From Octopus bimaculoides (taxonomy: Eukaryota), in assembly GCF_001194135.2 (NCBI RefSeq), contig NC_069000.1:32564383-32626290 (forward strand): DNA of 61,908 nt. The letters run 5' to 3'. The notes below the pieces were generated by a model. The model saw only the letters and a program-made list of their open reading frames with translations, was not told where the DNA came from and did not search any database. Of this stretch, positions 49,887 to 61,659 are shown in pieces (position 1 is the stretch's first letter; the number at the start of each line of letters is the position of its first letter). A program made the translations under genes and the position numbers.

Positions 49887-50186
49887 TACATACATACATA
49901 CATGCATACATACATACATACATACAATCATATATACGCACACGAAATAGAAACCGATTGTTGTGATCCCTTTCAGGTGGTTTATAACATTAAACATTAT
50001 TCTAACAATATCTTGAACGTGTTTGGGGCCTATTAATTTCGTTGACAACTTATTGTTTGATAACAATGTACATGATTATGAATGCCTTATACTTTACTTT
50101 TCGTTTCTTTCTGACTTTCTCTCTCCCTCTCTACCGTCTCTCTTTTTGTCCTTCTATCTCTCTCTCTCTCACTCTCTCCCTCTCTC

Positions 50187-50226
<40 letters not shown>

Positions 50227-51037
50227 TCTTACCTATGTCCCAGTGTGTGTGTTTGTGTTCGCCTCTGTGTCTATATGTATATGCATATATCTATGTACGT
50301 AACTTTGTAGAATCAGTTGCATTGTTGGGCAGTAGGTAACTAACAAGCCTGCTTGGTAAGGAAGGTAATTTTCGTTGGGCCCCCTATAGGACAAAGAGAG
50401 AACCTATCGAATGACGAATGAACTCAGTAAAGTCAAAGGATCCAATAGATGGGAGTGATAGGACCCCAGTCATANNNNNNNNNNNNNNNNNNNNNNNNNN
50501 NNNNNNNNNNNNNNNNNNNNNNNNNNNNNNNNNNNNNNNNNNNNNNNNNNNNNNNNNNNNNNNNNNNNNNNNNNNNNNNNNNNNNNNNNNNNNNNNNNNN
50601 NNNNNNNNNNNNNNNNNNNNNNNNNNNNNNNNNNNNNNNNNNNNNNNNNNNNNNNNNNNNNNNNNNNNNNNNNNNNNNNNNNNNNNNNNNNNNNNNNNNN
50701 NNNNNNNNNNNNNNNNNNNNNNNNNNNNNNNNNNNNNNNNNNNNNNNNNNNNNNNNNNNNNNNNNNNNNNNNNNNNNNNNNNNNNNNNNNNNNNNNNNNN
50801 NNNNNNNNNNNNNNNNNNNNNNNNNNNNNNNNNNNNNNNNNNNNNNNNNNNNNNNNNNNNNNNNNNNNNNNNNNNNNNNNNNNNNNNNNNNNNNNNNNNN
50901 NNNNNNNNNNNNNNNNNNNNNNNNNNNNNNNNNNNNNNNNNNNNNNNNNNNNNNNNNNNNNNNNNNNNNNNNNNNNNNNNNNNNNNNNNNNNNNNNNNNN
51001 NNNNNNNNATATATATATATATATATATATATACATT

Positions 51038-51275
51038 CAGTAATCCCTCGCCATATCGCAATTCACCTAGCACGGTTTATTATCTAAGTTTACATCGATT
51101 CTTCTGTGGTGCTGTGTTGTTTTGCATTTATAATAAAATAAATGTAAACAAATTATAAAAATGATTAAAATATATATATATATATATACAGTACAGTACT
51201 GTTTCTACTTCGCAGATTTTCACCAAATGCGGCGAGTTTTGGAACGTAACACCTGCGACAGTCGACGGATTATTG
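51038..51275. mobile_element. pogo/Tigger-like MITE
   Basis: Left end cagtaatccctcgccatatcgc matches the reverse complement of the right end, caataatccgtcgactgtcgc. TA follows the right end. The internal motif ggaacgtaacacctgcga is of the type seen in Tigger-derived MITEs. Confidence 0.6.
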
Positions 51276-51739
51276 TATATGTATTGAAGTAAATATGGAG
51301 ATAAGCAAATTAGACAGATCAACATATAAAGTATATTAAATACACAAAATACAAAATATGTATATATGCATACATATAAAAAGGTCCAACTTACACAGAG
51401 TACATATGATATATAAAATTAAAGGGATGGAAGAAAGGTATTATAAATGCAACAGATATTTCTGGGGACTCGGTAATCCATAATAATGTTTGTAGATTGA
51501 TTCCATAAGAGAATGCGGCCGTATGGTTGCATTTATCATAGAATGAGGCGAGCTTCTGTCTTCAGTGAAGAAATCTTACATCTGAGGTCCTGAAACAGAG
51601 AAGTTCAAAGTTATATTGATCTCTCTCATTTACTTAACCCTACATTTAATACTATAGCCGCTCAAGCGTGAATATTTTGAGTACTACTAAGTGTATTCTA
51701 TATGGAGAACAACTGAATCTCATTTATGAACTATATATT

Positions 51740-51966
51740 TAGGTATATGCATGATTGCATGTGTGTGTTAGAGTGTCTTTCTCTTTGTGTCTGTATTTAG
51801 ACATCCTCTGTTAACGTCCCCGTTAACAGTTTGGGATAAGTGACCAATATAACGAGTACTAGAAAGAAGAGAAAAACCTAGGTATTCAGCTCAAGCTCTT
51901 CGACTGAAAACCATCAACGCTGTGCCCCATCATGGTCGTAGTCTAGTGAATGGAACAAGTAAAAGA
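51740..51966 (+). mobile_element. Degenerate SINE family B, 3' half
   Basis: acgtccccgttaac..agtactag..tcgactgaaaa..gctgtgccccatcatggtcgtagtc..gaacaagtaaaaga. Confidence 0.5.
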
Positions 51967-51969
51967 CCG

Positions 51970-53158
51970 CGAGGGTGAACTGAAAACTTCATAGGCTGAC
52001 TATGAAGAAGTGGTGTTTGGGCTGTGAAAGTTTGCATGCATTAATTTCAACCCTTTTTATTAATAGTTGCATTGTTTCGTTCTAGGTAAACTGACGTCTG
52101 TCTGTTCAAAGAAAACTTCAAAAGTAACTAGTCGCGAGTAGTTACTAGGCAAAATTTAGTATCGTGGTACCAGCAGAAAAAAAGAAAATTGCCCACAAGG
52201 ACATTCATGTTGACATGGTTGCTACATTAGTGGATAACGCTCCACCTTTATCGACTGTGAAAAAATTGGCAGCTGAATTTAGGAAAGGAAAAGTATTGAT
52301 GATGACCCGCGTTAATTTACGACAGGTAACTGACTATAAATTAAATAGCCAGTGCTATTAGCATATCTCGTGAGAGAGTTGTGAATATTCTGCACAATGA
52401 ACATGGCATGATGAACATTTCTGCTCGGTAGGTGTCACGTTTTCTGAAACCTGATCAAAAGCACGCCAGGCTGATCATATCATGGAAAAATCTGACACTG
52501 TTTGAGATAGATCCAGCTGGTTTCCTGGAACGTTTTCTAACCCATGATGAGTGCTTGTTTCATCACATTGAGCCAGAGATAAAAGGGAGAATTCATGCAG
52601 TGGAAACACCCTTCCTCACCTGCTCCAAAGAAAGCCAAGGTTGCTTCATCAGCAGAGAATGTGATAGCTTCAGTTTTTTTCTGATTCAAAAAGCATTGTG
52701 TTTATTGACTATCTTCAGAAGGGTCACACTTTCAAGTGAGAGTACTATACCAACTTTCTAAGGCAGTTACGAAAGGCTATCAAGACCAAACCCCCAGAAA
52801 AACTGACGAAAGGTATTTTGTCCCATCAGAACACAATGCCTCAATTTCAATGGCCACTGTATGTGACTGCGGTTTTGATCACCTGATTTCGTCTTATCTA
52901 ACTATCATCCGTTCCCCAATATGAAAATATCACTTAAGTTGGAACCAGTATCGCGGTGATGATGAAGTCATATCTGCTGTTGATGACATTTTTTTCAGCA
53001 AAAGGCTGAAAGCTACTTCACCAATGGGATCGAATCATTGCAATAGGGATGAAAGAAGCGTGCGGATCAAAAGGGAATTATGTTGAAAGATAAACCTGAT
53101 TTATCATATTCCATGACAATATCATGGTCAGCCTATGAACTTTTCGGTGGAACCCTCA
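51970..53158 (+). mobile_element. Mariner transposon (irritans-like), near full length with both TIRs, decayed
   Basis: TIRs cgagggtgaactgaaaacttcataggctgactatga and the reverse complement tgagggttccaccgaaaagttcataggctgaccatga, with TA on the right. Transposase pieces: STVKKLAAEFRKG, FLERFLTHDE, QWKHPSSPAPKKAKV, IDYLQKGHT, SNYHPFPNMK. Confidence 0.9.
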
Positions 53159-53719
53159 TAAAGATATCGTTTATATACTTGATACATAAAGACAATTTTC
53201 AATTTCGGTCCAGTGATGCAATTTCTACACAAACATTCATTTCTCCTTTGCGTTCGCCTCTGTTTCCCTGTCTCTGTCTGTGTCTCCGTCTCACTCTCCC
53301 CTCTCTCTCTTTCTGTCCCTCTCTATCTCTTACCCCATCACTTTCTCTCTCCGGTCTTTCTCTCCCAGTTTCCCAACTGACATTTCTCAATTCTGTTCAG
53401 TACACACGAGCAGAAACATATATACTATAATATATAACAATTGTAAAATGCACATAATGCACAAACATACACACGAATATGTGTGTATGCGTTCATTTTG
53501 TGTGTGTACGTTTGTGTACAGATAATAATTGAATCTAACGGAGGTACAGGCCTGAAATTAGGGACGGGGAATAATCGATAATATCAATCAGTAGTGAAAT
53601 TCAGAGGGATTTGAACAAATGTAAATAGCCCAAAGGTATAGGGAAGTGTTTTTTTTCTGACGTTCTAAGATCCTGCAAATTCGCTACATTTACATGTATG
53701 CGCGCGCGCGTGTGTGCGC

Positions 53720-53750
<31 letters not shown>

Positions 53751-53777
53751 TTCATTTATATATTGACATACATGCAT

Positions 53778-53815
<38 letters not shown>

Positions 53816-53844
53816 GTAACACACATACACACACGCACTTATAC

Positions 53845-53917
53845 ACAGCTCAACGATGGAGGTGAAGCTTTGGGAGGAAGAGGAGTTCTGTATTCATCAC
53901 TTTGAACCAAGAATCCA

Positions 53918-53920
<3 letters not shown>
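53845..53920 (+). mobile_element. Isolated ~75-bp internal mariner fragment within (CA)n
   Basis: acagctcaacgatggaggtgaagcttt..gaagaggagttctgtattcatcactttgaacc matches the 55843-55945 region of the downstream mariner, with an internal deletion. Confidence 0.5.
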
Positions 53921-53950
<30 letters not shown>

Positions 53951-53960
53951 NNNNNNNNNN

Positions 53961-54135
53961 TATATATGGGAGAATTTACGAAAAAAACAACCACAGTCGA
54001 GGACAGGTGGTGTAAACAACAAAAGGATGTATTAGTTTAACGCTCGGGAATACAGAAAGTATTTAACGTTTCGAGCTACGGCTCTTCAACAGAAAGAATA
54101 CGGAGAAAACAAGGAGAAAAACACGGAGAAAAAAA
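53961..54135 (-). mobile_element. Short repeat carrying a hammerhead-like motif (probable Penelope-like pLTR derivative), copy 2
   Basis: Homologous to 21545-21720. Confidence 0.55.
54059..54101 (-). ncRNA. Minimal type-I hammerhead-like motif, variant core
   Basis: Minus strand: guauucuuu CUGUUGA a GAGC cgua GCUC GAA ACGU U aaauac. Palindromic stem III (AACGUU) and a GUU cleavage triplet are present; stem I is short or bulged. Confidence 0.45.
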
Positions 54136-55394
54136 ATTGAATGGTTTGGTCAGCCATGATAGATCTATAATGGCGTCTATATATTTATATATTTATGAAG
54201 ACAGACAAACAGATAAACACCCCGTCGGAGACAAAGAGAGAATACTGAATTTACATGACACAATCATGATAATTTGTTTATATTATAAACCACTTGAAAA
54301 AATATTGCAGAATGATGTTGTGTTAGCAGGCTTCCTTTTTTTAAAATTCTTTTTAAAATTCTGTGTGTACCATAGCGATTTAATTACTGTTACTTTGATT
54401 TGCTATGGATTAGGAAGATTGTTATCACATACAGAAAGAAAAATTAGAATATGTCTTCACTCTTATTCCCTCGTTAATCCGCATTTGAACCTTTTAGATA
54501 ATATTGTGTAATGCTGTTTTGCTTTCATCCTGACACACTTCACAGTTTTGTTTTTGTTCCTCTCATAAGCTGTAATGCATCTAATCCCACCACACCACAC
54601 TAATTACTATTCCAAGTCATTAAAACATCTCTCTTAAATTGTCTGCTTGCACATTTTCCCCCTTAACCCTTCACTTATAACAGTTTATGAAGATTATTTA
54701 GATGGGCGTTCGCCAGATATAACCCTCGCTTTCTTCAGACGGCGACAAAAAAAAAGAAAAACTAAGAAAGTCAATAATAAAATTAATAAATTTCCCATAA
54801 TGATTTAAAACCGAAAAGTTTTTCTGTTTTTTTTTTTTTAATATGAACATTAAAACCAATATGTAGAGGGTAGAAACGAAAATACGTGTTGGAAGCATAA
54901 ATGACAAAGTTTTAATCATCTGTCAGTTCAAATGTCCCTGGGGTAAACTGCCAATATGCGCAACGGGAAGCAAAATGTTATACGCTCTTTCGCCAAAATT
55001 TTCTTTAAGTTTACTGCACTGCCTTTTAGCGTTCGCCTGTTAAAAGTTAGTGCTCTTGTGGTAATCTAACCTAGGTTTGACCGAAATCTCTCGTTTTCTT
55101 TATTCTGCTACAGAATGGTTATGGGAGAATGCTGAACACACCCACGTGACTGAAAGTGGACTAACCTATCACTGTCGGCGTTGAGTTCGACCCTGTTGTT
55201 TCGGCGTCTGTTGGTTTAACAGCCAGTAGTTGAACAGTGAATGCTGAGTATTGTATCTACGTTCGAGTAGTGCAGAGTGCGTTCTGTGTTAGCACATATT
55301 TCTGCGATAGGTTACTTTTAGATAGCCACAACCAACTATTTATTTGTGTAATACCATTTTACACCAGACGTGTATACTCACGTCATAACAAGAA

Positions 55395-56537
55395 TAAACA
55401 TGACTATTCCACTGCCAACGTATACCGTGGAAGAACAGAGATTACGTATCCGATTTTTTCTGGTGCGAAGGAGTTACAAGGGTTGAAATTCATCGCACAC
55501 TTTCAGCACAACACGAAGACAGTGATCTTCTGCTTTGGAGTGTGTATGAGTGTATCGGGAAATTTAAAAATTGCCTCACGGTCGTGAAGCACGAAGTGGG
55601 GTCAGGACGCCCATCAACTCCCCACCACTGGCGTGAAAATTCAACAAGCTTGATTCATGGTTCTGGCAAACCGACGAGAGAACATCAATGAGGTGGCATG
55701 TTCACAGCAAATTACTCATGTTTCTGCATACGAAACAATCCACGAAAAGCTTCGCTTCCGTAAAGTCTGTGCCAGATAGATGCCAAGTAAGCTTACCAAA
55801 GCGCATAAACGAGTTGTGTGTATATATGTCAACGCTAACTCAACAGCTACAACGAATGAGGTGAAGCTTTTTTCTTTTGTTTTGTTTTGGAGAGAATACT
55901 CGCTGAAGAAGAGTTCTGCGTTCATCACTTTCAGCCAGAATCCAAAAAGCAAATGGCCTGAAAACATCCGAGATCACCAGCGAAAACGAAACTAAAGACT
56001 CAATCCTCCTCAGAAAAAGTGGTGCTAACCGTTTGGGGGATGCAAAAAGACCTATACTACAGCATTACCTAAAAAAGAGATCTACTGTTAGCAGTGCATG
56101 CTACAGTAAAATACTAGCTAACAACTCGAAACTAGCAGTTCGCACCAAATACCGAGGTCTATTTTCAAATCAAGTTTTATGGTTTTAAGACAATATACGC
56201 CCACACGCACCGTTGAAACCGTTGAAAATTGGGTTTCGAATCGCTGGAATACACTGCATATAGTTCAGATCGTGCTCCTTCCAACTATCACCTGTTTGGA
56301 CCGTTCAAACATTTCTTAGGTCGTCGATTTGCTATAGATGAAGAAGTGCAGGAAGCGGTGTGTGAATAGCTGCAGGGATCAGCCGAACACCGTCACCGTT
56401 AGAATAAGCAAGCTTGTGGACTGTTGGAAGAAGCGCATCGAAATATCAAGGAGAAATATGATGTAATTGTTCAAACACTGCTTTTACTTTAATAAAGTAC
56501 AGAAACAGGGGAGCATATAATTTTTAACTTAACCTCG
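55395..56537 (+). mobile_element. Mariner transposon (irritans-like, distinct from the 52-kb element), decayed
   Basis: TVEEQR..EIHRTL..GSGRPST..LRFRKVCAR*MP..HHFQPESK..KHPRSP..*DNIRPH..YSSDRAPSNYHLFGPFK..DEEVQEAV. A 3' TIR-like end, taacttaacctcg, is present; the 5' TIR was not recognised. Confidence 0.85.
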
Positions 56538-56659
56538 TTTACACCTGACCTAAACTGAATGAAATGCTGGAAAGGTTCCGCTTTAACTAAACAATGCCTT
56601 ATAATGTGGTATTCTGTTTGCATGACATCGTTAGTAAAGAGGGAAAGAGATAGAGATAG

Positions 56660-56699
<40 letters not shown>

Positions 56700-56717
56700 A
56701 GAACTTGNNNNNNNNNN

Positions 56718-56756
<39 letters not shown>

Positions 56757-57714
56757 AGAACTTGAATGACAGGCACACATATATTCTTATAAGGAAGAAA
56801 CACTGTACACTTTTTACCATTGAAAAGCACTGTACATCACTGTAGCAACTATTGTTTTCAAACAAGGCAGTGAAATAAGCCATGTACATGACACTCACAG
56901 TAACGCCTCTAGCAACACATAACATGCAGTAATGCACATCACAAATTAAAGTATGTTATTCTTCATACTATGAAGAAAGAAAGAATTAACAATGGAATTC
57001 TTATTCATATCGCTTGTCAAAAAAAATCTACATTTAGATGTGCTCAAACTGCACATAAAAATCAAATCGTATGTACAATATTTAGTTCACGGGAAACCTC
57101 ACTTCGAATGTATATTCTCGCCCTAATAGACAACAAGCAAATTTGACCTTCACAGGCCAAAGTTTCAATGAGAGAAAAATCCCAACCTGAAATAATCCAA
57201 AGGTCACATTCTCTCAGGGATATCATTGCAAGAGCGGAGATAAACAGAACCACTATTTGAACATGCTCTATATAGTAGAAATAAGAGGAATAACATTTTA
57301 CCAGGAGTCGATATTCCTTTAATGCTCTTCTTCAAAAATGTGACGTTTACGATTTTGTTGGCCAATAACATTATGGAATCAACAATGTATGGTTCAAAGG
57401 AAACTAGCTATGCACCTCAGAAGAAGCATTCAAAAACCTAATCAACCAAAATTTCCTCAAGGTTCATTAGAATTCAATAAAAAAAATCTTCAAACACAAT
57501 TGGCTCAAAAGACTCAATATGCAAGACAATAACATGAAACTGAAGCAATTTATGTTAACAATGCACGCTATGTACATTAAATTTGAACAGAAGAGAAAGG
57601 CCAGAATTCATTTGATGTGATAATATCAAAGGCCTGAAATCGTTTAAAGAACAAATCACTGACAGTGAAAAATCCATCTTAAGAAAGAACGCTCTTAGAA
57701 TTCTAGAATAAAAT

Positions 57715-57990
57715 AAAACATGAAAAGGCGAGTGGATTAGGTACCTGGGACATAGAAAATATAACGAACCATAAAATTTTCTATAAATCCGCTAAAGAAT
57801 TAGCTTCGTACATAATAAAATACAAATTCCGAGGAAGTCGTTCATTGCCCACTGACCCCAAAATTGCGTGTTAAATAATGGACAATTCAAAAGTGCTGTA
57901 ACTCTCCAGGGAAAGGACAAACAAAATAGATTTAGCACGGCAATAATTCAAATATAATAGAGGGTTTTCATCCTTCTGTGTCCGTTAAAT
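57715..57990 (+). mobile_element. Decayed CR1-like RT N-terminal relic
   Basis: KHEKASGLG..KSAKELASYI..LPTDPKIA resembles KASGPD..A.ELA..LP.DWK.A. Confidence 0.3.
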
Positions 57991-58204
57991 AAATACCACC
58001 TCGTACATAAGTAGATTCAGTCGATTCAGCCTTTCCCAATATGTGCGGCTTTACAGGTATGTTATGAATATTGCATACGAAGTAGTCGAATAAAATCTGT
58101 TGTTTATAATTCATCGTCTAAATTGGCCGCATTGTACCAGGGGCTACTTTACCAAAGAAAAAAAAAACATTATAACTGTTATTAATATTTCATTCTCATC
58201 TCCT

Positions 58205-58227
58205 TTCTTCTTCTTCTTCTTCTTCTT

Positions 58228-58307
<80 letters not shown>
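58205..58307. repeat. (TTC)n(TTA)n compound microsatellite
   Basis: Read directly. Confidence 0.95.
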
Positions 58308-58309
<2 letters not shown>

Positions 58310-59206
58310 GAAAACTCCCAGCTTATTTTGCTAGATTTGGCAGAAAGTGTCAGCTGTCCACAGCCAGCAGACTAAGGTGGGACTTGTTAACTGGCCCTGC
58401 TTCAAGAACCCTGCGAAGAATTCTTGCAGTTCCAAGCAATGCTGATTGTTGTAGGTGTTCTACCTTCACACTTGCTCCAATCTTTTTCAGCCATGTGGTA
58501 GTTCAATGCTGATACTTCCAAATGCACCAATTACAATTGGTATCATGTCTACTCTCTCCCTTGACCACAACTTTCATATTTCTCACTTCAAATCGTCATA
58601 GTTGTTTATTTTTCTTCTTCTTTCACATTCATGCTGTTGTTACCGGGGCATGCTATGTCGATTAACATACATGTTCTTTCGTATTTATTCACCACAGCAA
58701 TGTCCGGTTTCGAATGTCTGGCCAGATGATCGCACTGGATCATTGCAACCCCCAGGATTTTGCACTTCTTATTTTCGGTGACTTCTTCTGGAGTTTGCTC
58801 ATACAACGTCTTTGCTCTTTGCAGGCCGTGATTTCCACAAAGCTTCTAATAGATCATTCTTCCTACATTGTCATGGCGTCTTTTGTATTCGCGTTGTGCC
58901 AGTTTCGGGCATTCGCTAACGTTGTGCCATACCGTTTCACCCCTCTTACCACACATTCTGCATTTGTCACTAACGGTAGTCTTGTCTATTCTGCACTTCA
59001 TATAGTTGGTCCTTAACGCTTGTTCTTGAGCTGCGCATATGAGTGCTTCAGCCTCTATCTTCAGGTCACTCCTCCTCATCCATAGCCACCGGTCCTCTGT
59101 ATTAGTCTTGGCATTCACATCTTTTGCCAACTAACCGTACATTTTCGTTTTTTACATGCCTTTTCTCTTTTTGTTCATTTCTTGTTTAATTTTTCCTTCT
59201 TTTTTC

Positions 59207-59207
<1 letters not shown>
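58308..59207 (-). mobile_element. R4/Dong-like RLE non-LTR retrotransposon, 5'-truncated 3' end
   Basis: WLWMRRSDLKIEAEALICAAQEQALRTN, CCHC knuckle CRMCGKRGETVWHNVSEC, YKRRHDNV, RLE motif KPDIAVVNKYERTCMLIDIACP, then IPIVIGAFG..SALLGTARILRRVL. Stops and frameshifts are present. Confidence 0.9.

Positions 59208-59263
<56 letters not shown>
59208..59263. repeat. (TTA)n microsatellite
   Basis: Read directly. Confidence 0.95.
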
Positions 59264-60547
59264 GTCATTATTGTCACGAAATGTGTTCCAGTATTATACT
59301 TTCAGCGATCTTAACAATGACAGAAAATCGAAAAAAGAAATCGAAATCTTTAACATAATGCAACAGTTCTATGAAGATCCATACTTTTATGTATAGAAAT
59401 CTTGTATAAAAGGTGGAATTTTCTCAGGTTCCGCTAGTTATTCTAAATATTGCTTTATTTATTGAAGACACATTAATGGTACCAGTAACACAGTAGCAGC
59501 CGTTTAAATTATCAACATTCATTTCCTTACAAATATGCATCCTTTTCATTCTACAACGAGTTGCCGAAATCTATTCAACGGAAATGCCGTGGTTTTTAAT
59601 CTGATTGAGGAAGTAAAATTGTTGGGTCAAAAGAAAAAAGTAAAGACAAATTTTAAAAAATAAACTATTTTTATCTTCTCCGTTGAACAATTGTGTCAAA
59701 TTCAGATAAAAGGATGTTGAATTGCAAAACCAGAATACGTTGAAGTATTGGAAAACATTCTTATCGTACCAAATGTCTACAAGGAATAAACTAAAAATAA
59801 ATAAATTAATTAATTCAAAGAAAGAATCATTGCAATAACATATAAAACAAAAATATTTATATTTTGAGGAGTGTTTCTCCAATTATTAGTTCAAAATGCA
59901 TAATTTCGCACCATTTTCTAGCCCCAGTGCAGTTCACTTCAGTAGAAGAATATTGGCTCTGAGTGATGCTTGAAAGAAAAGAACTAGTTAAAAAGAGAAG
60001 GAGAGGTGGAGAAATAAAGTGATAGAAAATAAATGATTAGTGATGATAAATATTCCAACTTGAAGTCAGTGTTTGAGAAGAATAGAGAGAGATGGTGAAA
60101 AATATCTACAGTGTCGTTCATAGTACAATGAGTTGTGGTAATGGGAAAGATAACGAAGCGAATATTGTCCATTAGAAGATAGTATAATTTAACGCTTTAT
60201 TTAAGTTCGTCTTTGCTACAATGGTTTTTGGTGAATGCCAAATAATGGTAAAGTATCTACAAAATGTATCTCTCATATGATAGATAATAACTTCGACTAT
60301 GTCAGCCAGTAGCTTCGCTACCCAGTTGGAGATTGAGAAATGGGGTCTATCTTTCACTGGAATTGTTTCTTTCCTACGTACACACAAACATGTGCGTGTG
60401 TGCGCCCGCGCGTATTTTTATTTCGGTTTTGGATTTGGTTTGCAAGATTCTTTATGTGAGTTCGTGTGTTGAAGCATATTTTGTTGTGTCTATGGAGTCA
60501 TTCTCCTTTAGTGCATTATTATTTAACACATTCACCGATAAAGTTTC

Positions 60548-60707
60548 CATTCATTTACTTATTTATTTTTCCTAAAATTTTCATTGCGTCTTGCATCCTT
60601 TTCAATCGTCGTTGACTCTGTTCGTCATCCGAGCACGGACAGTAAACGACTATTGAAAAGGTTGCAAGACGCAGCGAAATTTTTTAGGAAAAATAAATAA
60701 ATGAATG
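60548..60707. repeat. 160-bp palindromic element with ~75-bp arms, each arm hammerhead-like
   Basis: Left cattcattt..ttcctaaaattttcattgcgtcttgcatccttttcaatcgtcgtt matches the reverse complement of the right arm, cattcattt..ttcctaaaaaatttcgctgcgtcttgcaaccttttcaatagtcgtt. Confidence 0.9.
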
Positions 60708-60954
60708 ACTGGATACTTTACCGGAGAGTGTGTTCAATAATAAGGCACTAAAAGAGAATGACTCTCCCAAGAGAGTGGATGTGAGTGTACATGACTGCTT
60801 GCGATATGATTCCCCTTTCGCAAAATTTCTCTACTGGGCCATGTCTAGTCGATAGTTAATCTGTAGTCAGTGTTATACAAGATGTGTTATACAGCGTTTT
60901 CCTTCTATAATTGGGTTACAAAAGTACCGTTCCAGGTTCTGATGGAATGTCAGA

Positions 60955-61080
60955 CAAGGTCCTTTAGGCTTTCTGTTCCGCCTCTTTGACAGCAACACCT
61001 GAAATAACACTGGTGCTGATGTAATCAATTATCTCTTTCTTCTAAAATTACATACCTTGCGCCATAATTTAAAATAATTA
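60955..61080 (+). mobile_element. Degenerate SINE family A, 3' part
   Basis: acactggtgctgatgtaatcaatt..ccttgcgccataatttaaaataattatt. Confidence 0.45.
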
Positions 61081-61085
61081 TTAAA

Positions 61086-61300
61086 GGCAGTTAGCTGGCG
61101 AAATCGTTACTTGGCCGGACAAAATGCTTAGCGGTATATCGTCCGTCTCTAAGTTCTGAATTTCAAATTCCGCCGAGCTCGGGTTTGTTTCATCATTTCG
61201 GCGGCGAAAAAATCAGTACCATACAAGCACTGGAATCGATGTAATCGACTAGCCACTCCCCAGATTTCCATGCTATGTGTCTATAGTAGAAAGAATTATA
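61086..61300 (+). mobile_element. SINE family A
   Basis: gctggcgaaatcgtta..aaatgcttagcggtat..ttcaaattccgccgag..ctggaatcgatgtaatcgactag..ctatagtagaaag. Confidence 0.8.
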
Positions 61301-61474
61301 ATGATAATGGTTGTTACGATTAGACAAAACGTAGATAAGCAAATAATTTGCAATTACGACGAACAATTATGCAGTTGTAAAAGAAATAATAACTACGACC
61401 TTGCTTTGTTAGAAAAGCTTTTCAGAAGACAACAATACGAAATTAAAAACAAAACGAAACATGATAAACAATAC

Positions 61475-61642
61475 TGGCACTTCGTCAGTTACGACGACGA
61501 AAAATCCAACTGATCTCATCAACAAGACAGCCTGCTCGTGAAAATAACTTGCATGTGGCTGAGCACTCCACAGGCATGAGTACTTAGAACATAGTTCTCA
61601 GGGAGATTCAGCATGACACGAATGACCCTTTGAAATACAGGT
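61475..61642 (-). mobile_element. SINE family C, 3' half
   Basis: tggcacttcgtcagttacgacgacg..gcctgctcgtgaaa..gtggctgagcactccac.. matches 27477-27655. Confidence 0.75.
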
Positions 61643-61659
61643 CCTATGCTTTGAAATAC

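Noticed and set aside
56670-56764. Duplicated gagagagtgggagaacttg on both sides of a 10-N gap
   Set aside because: Typical unmerged contig overlap.
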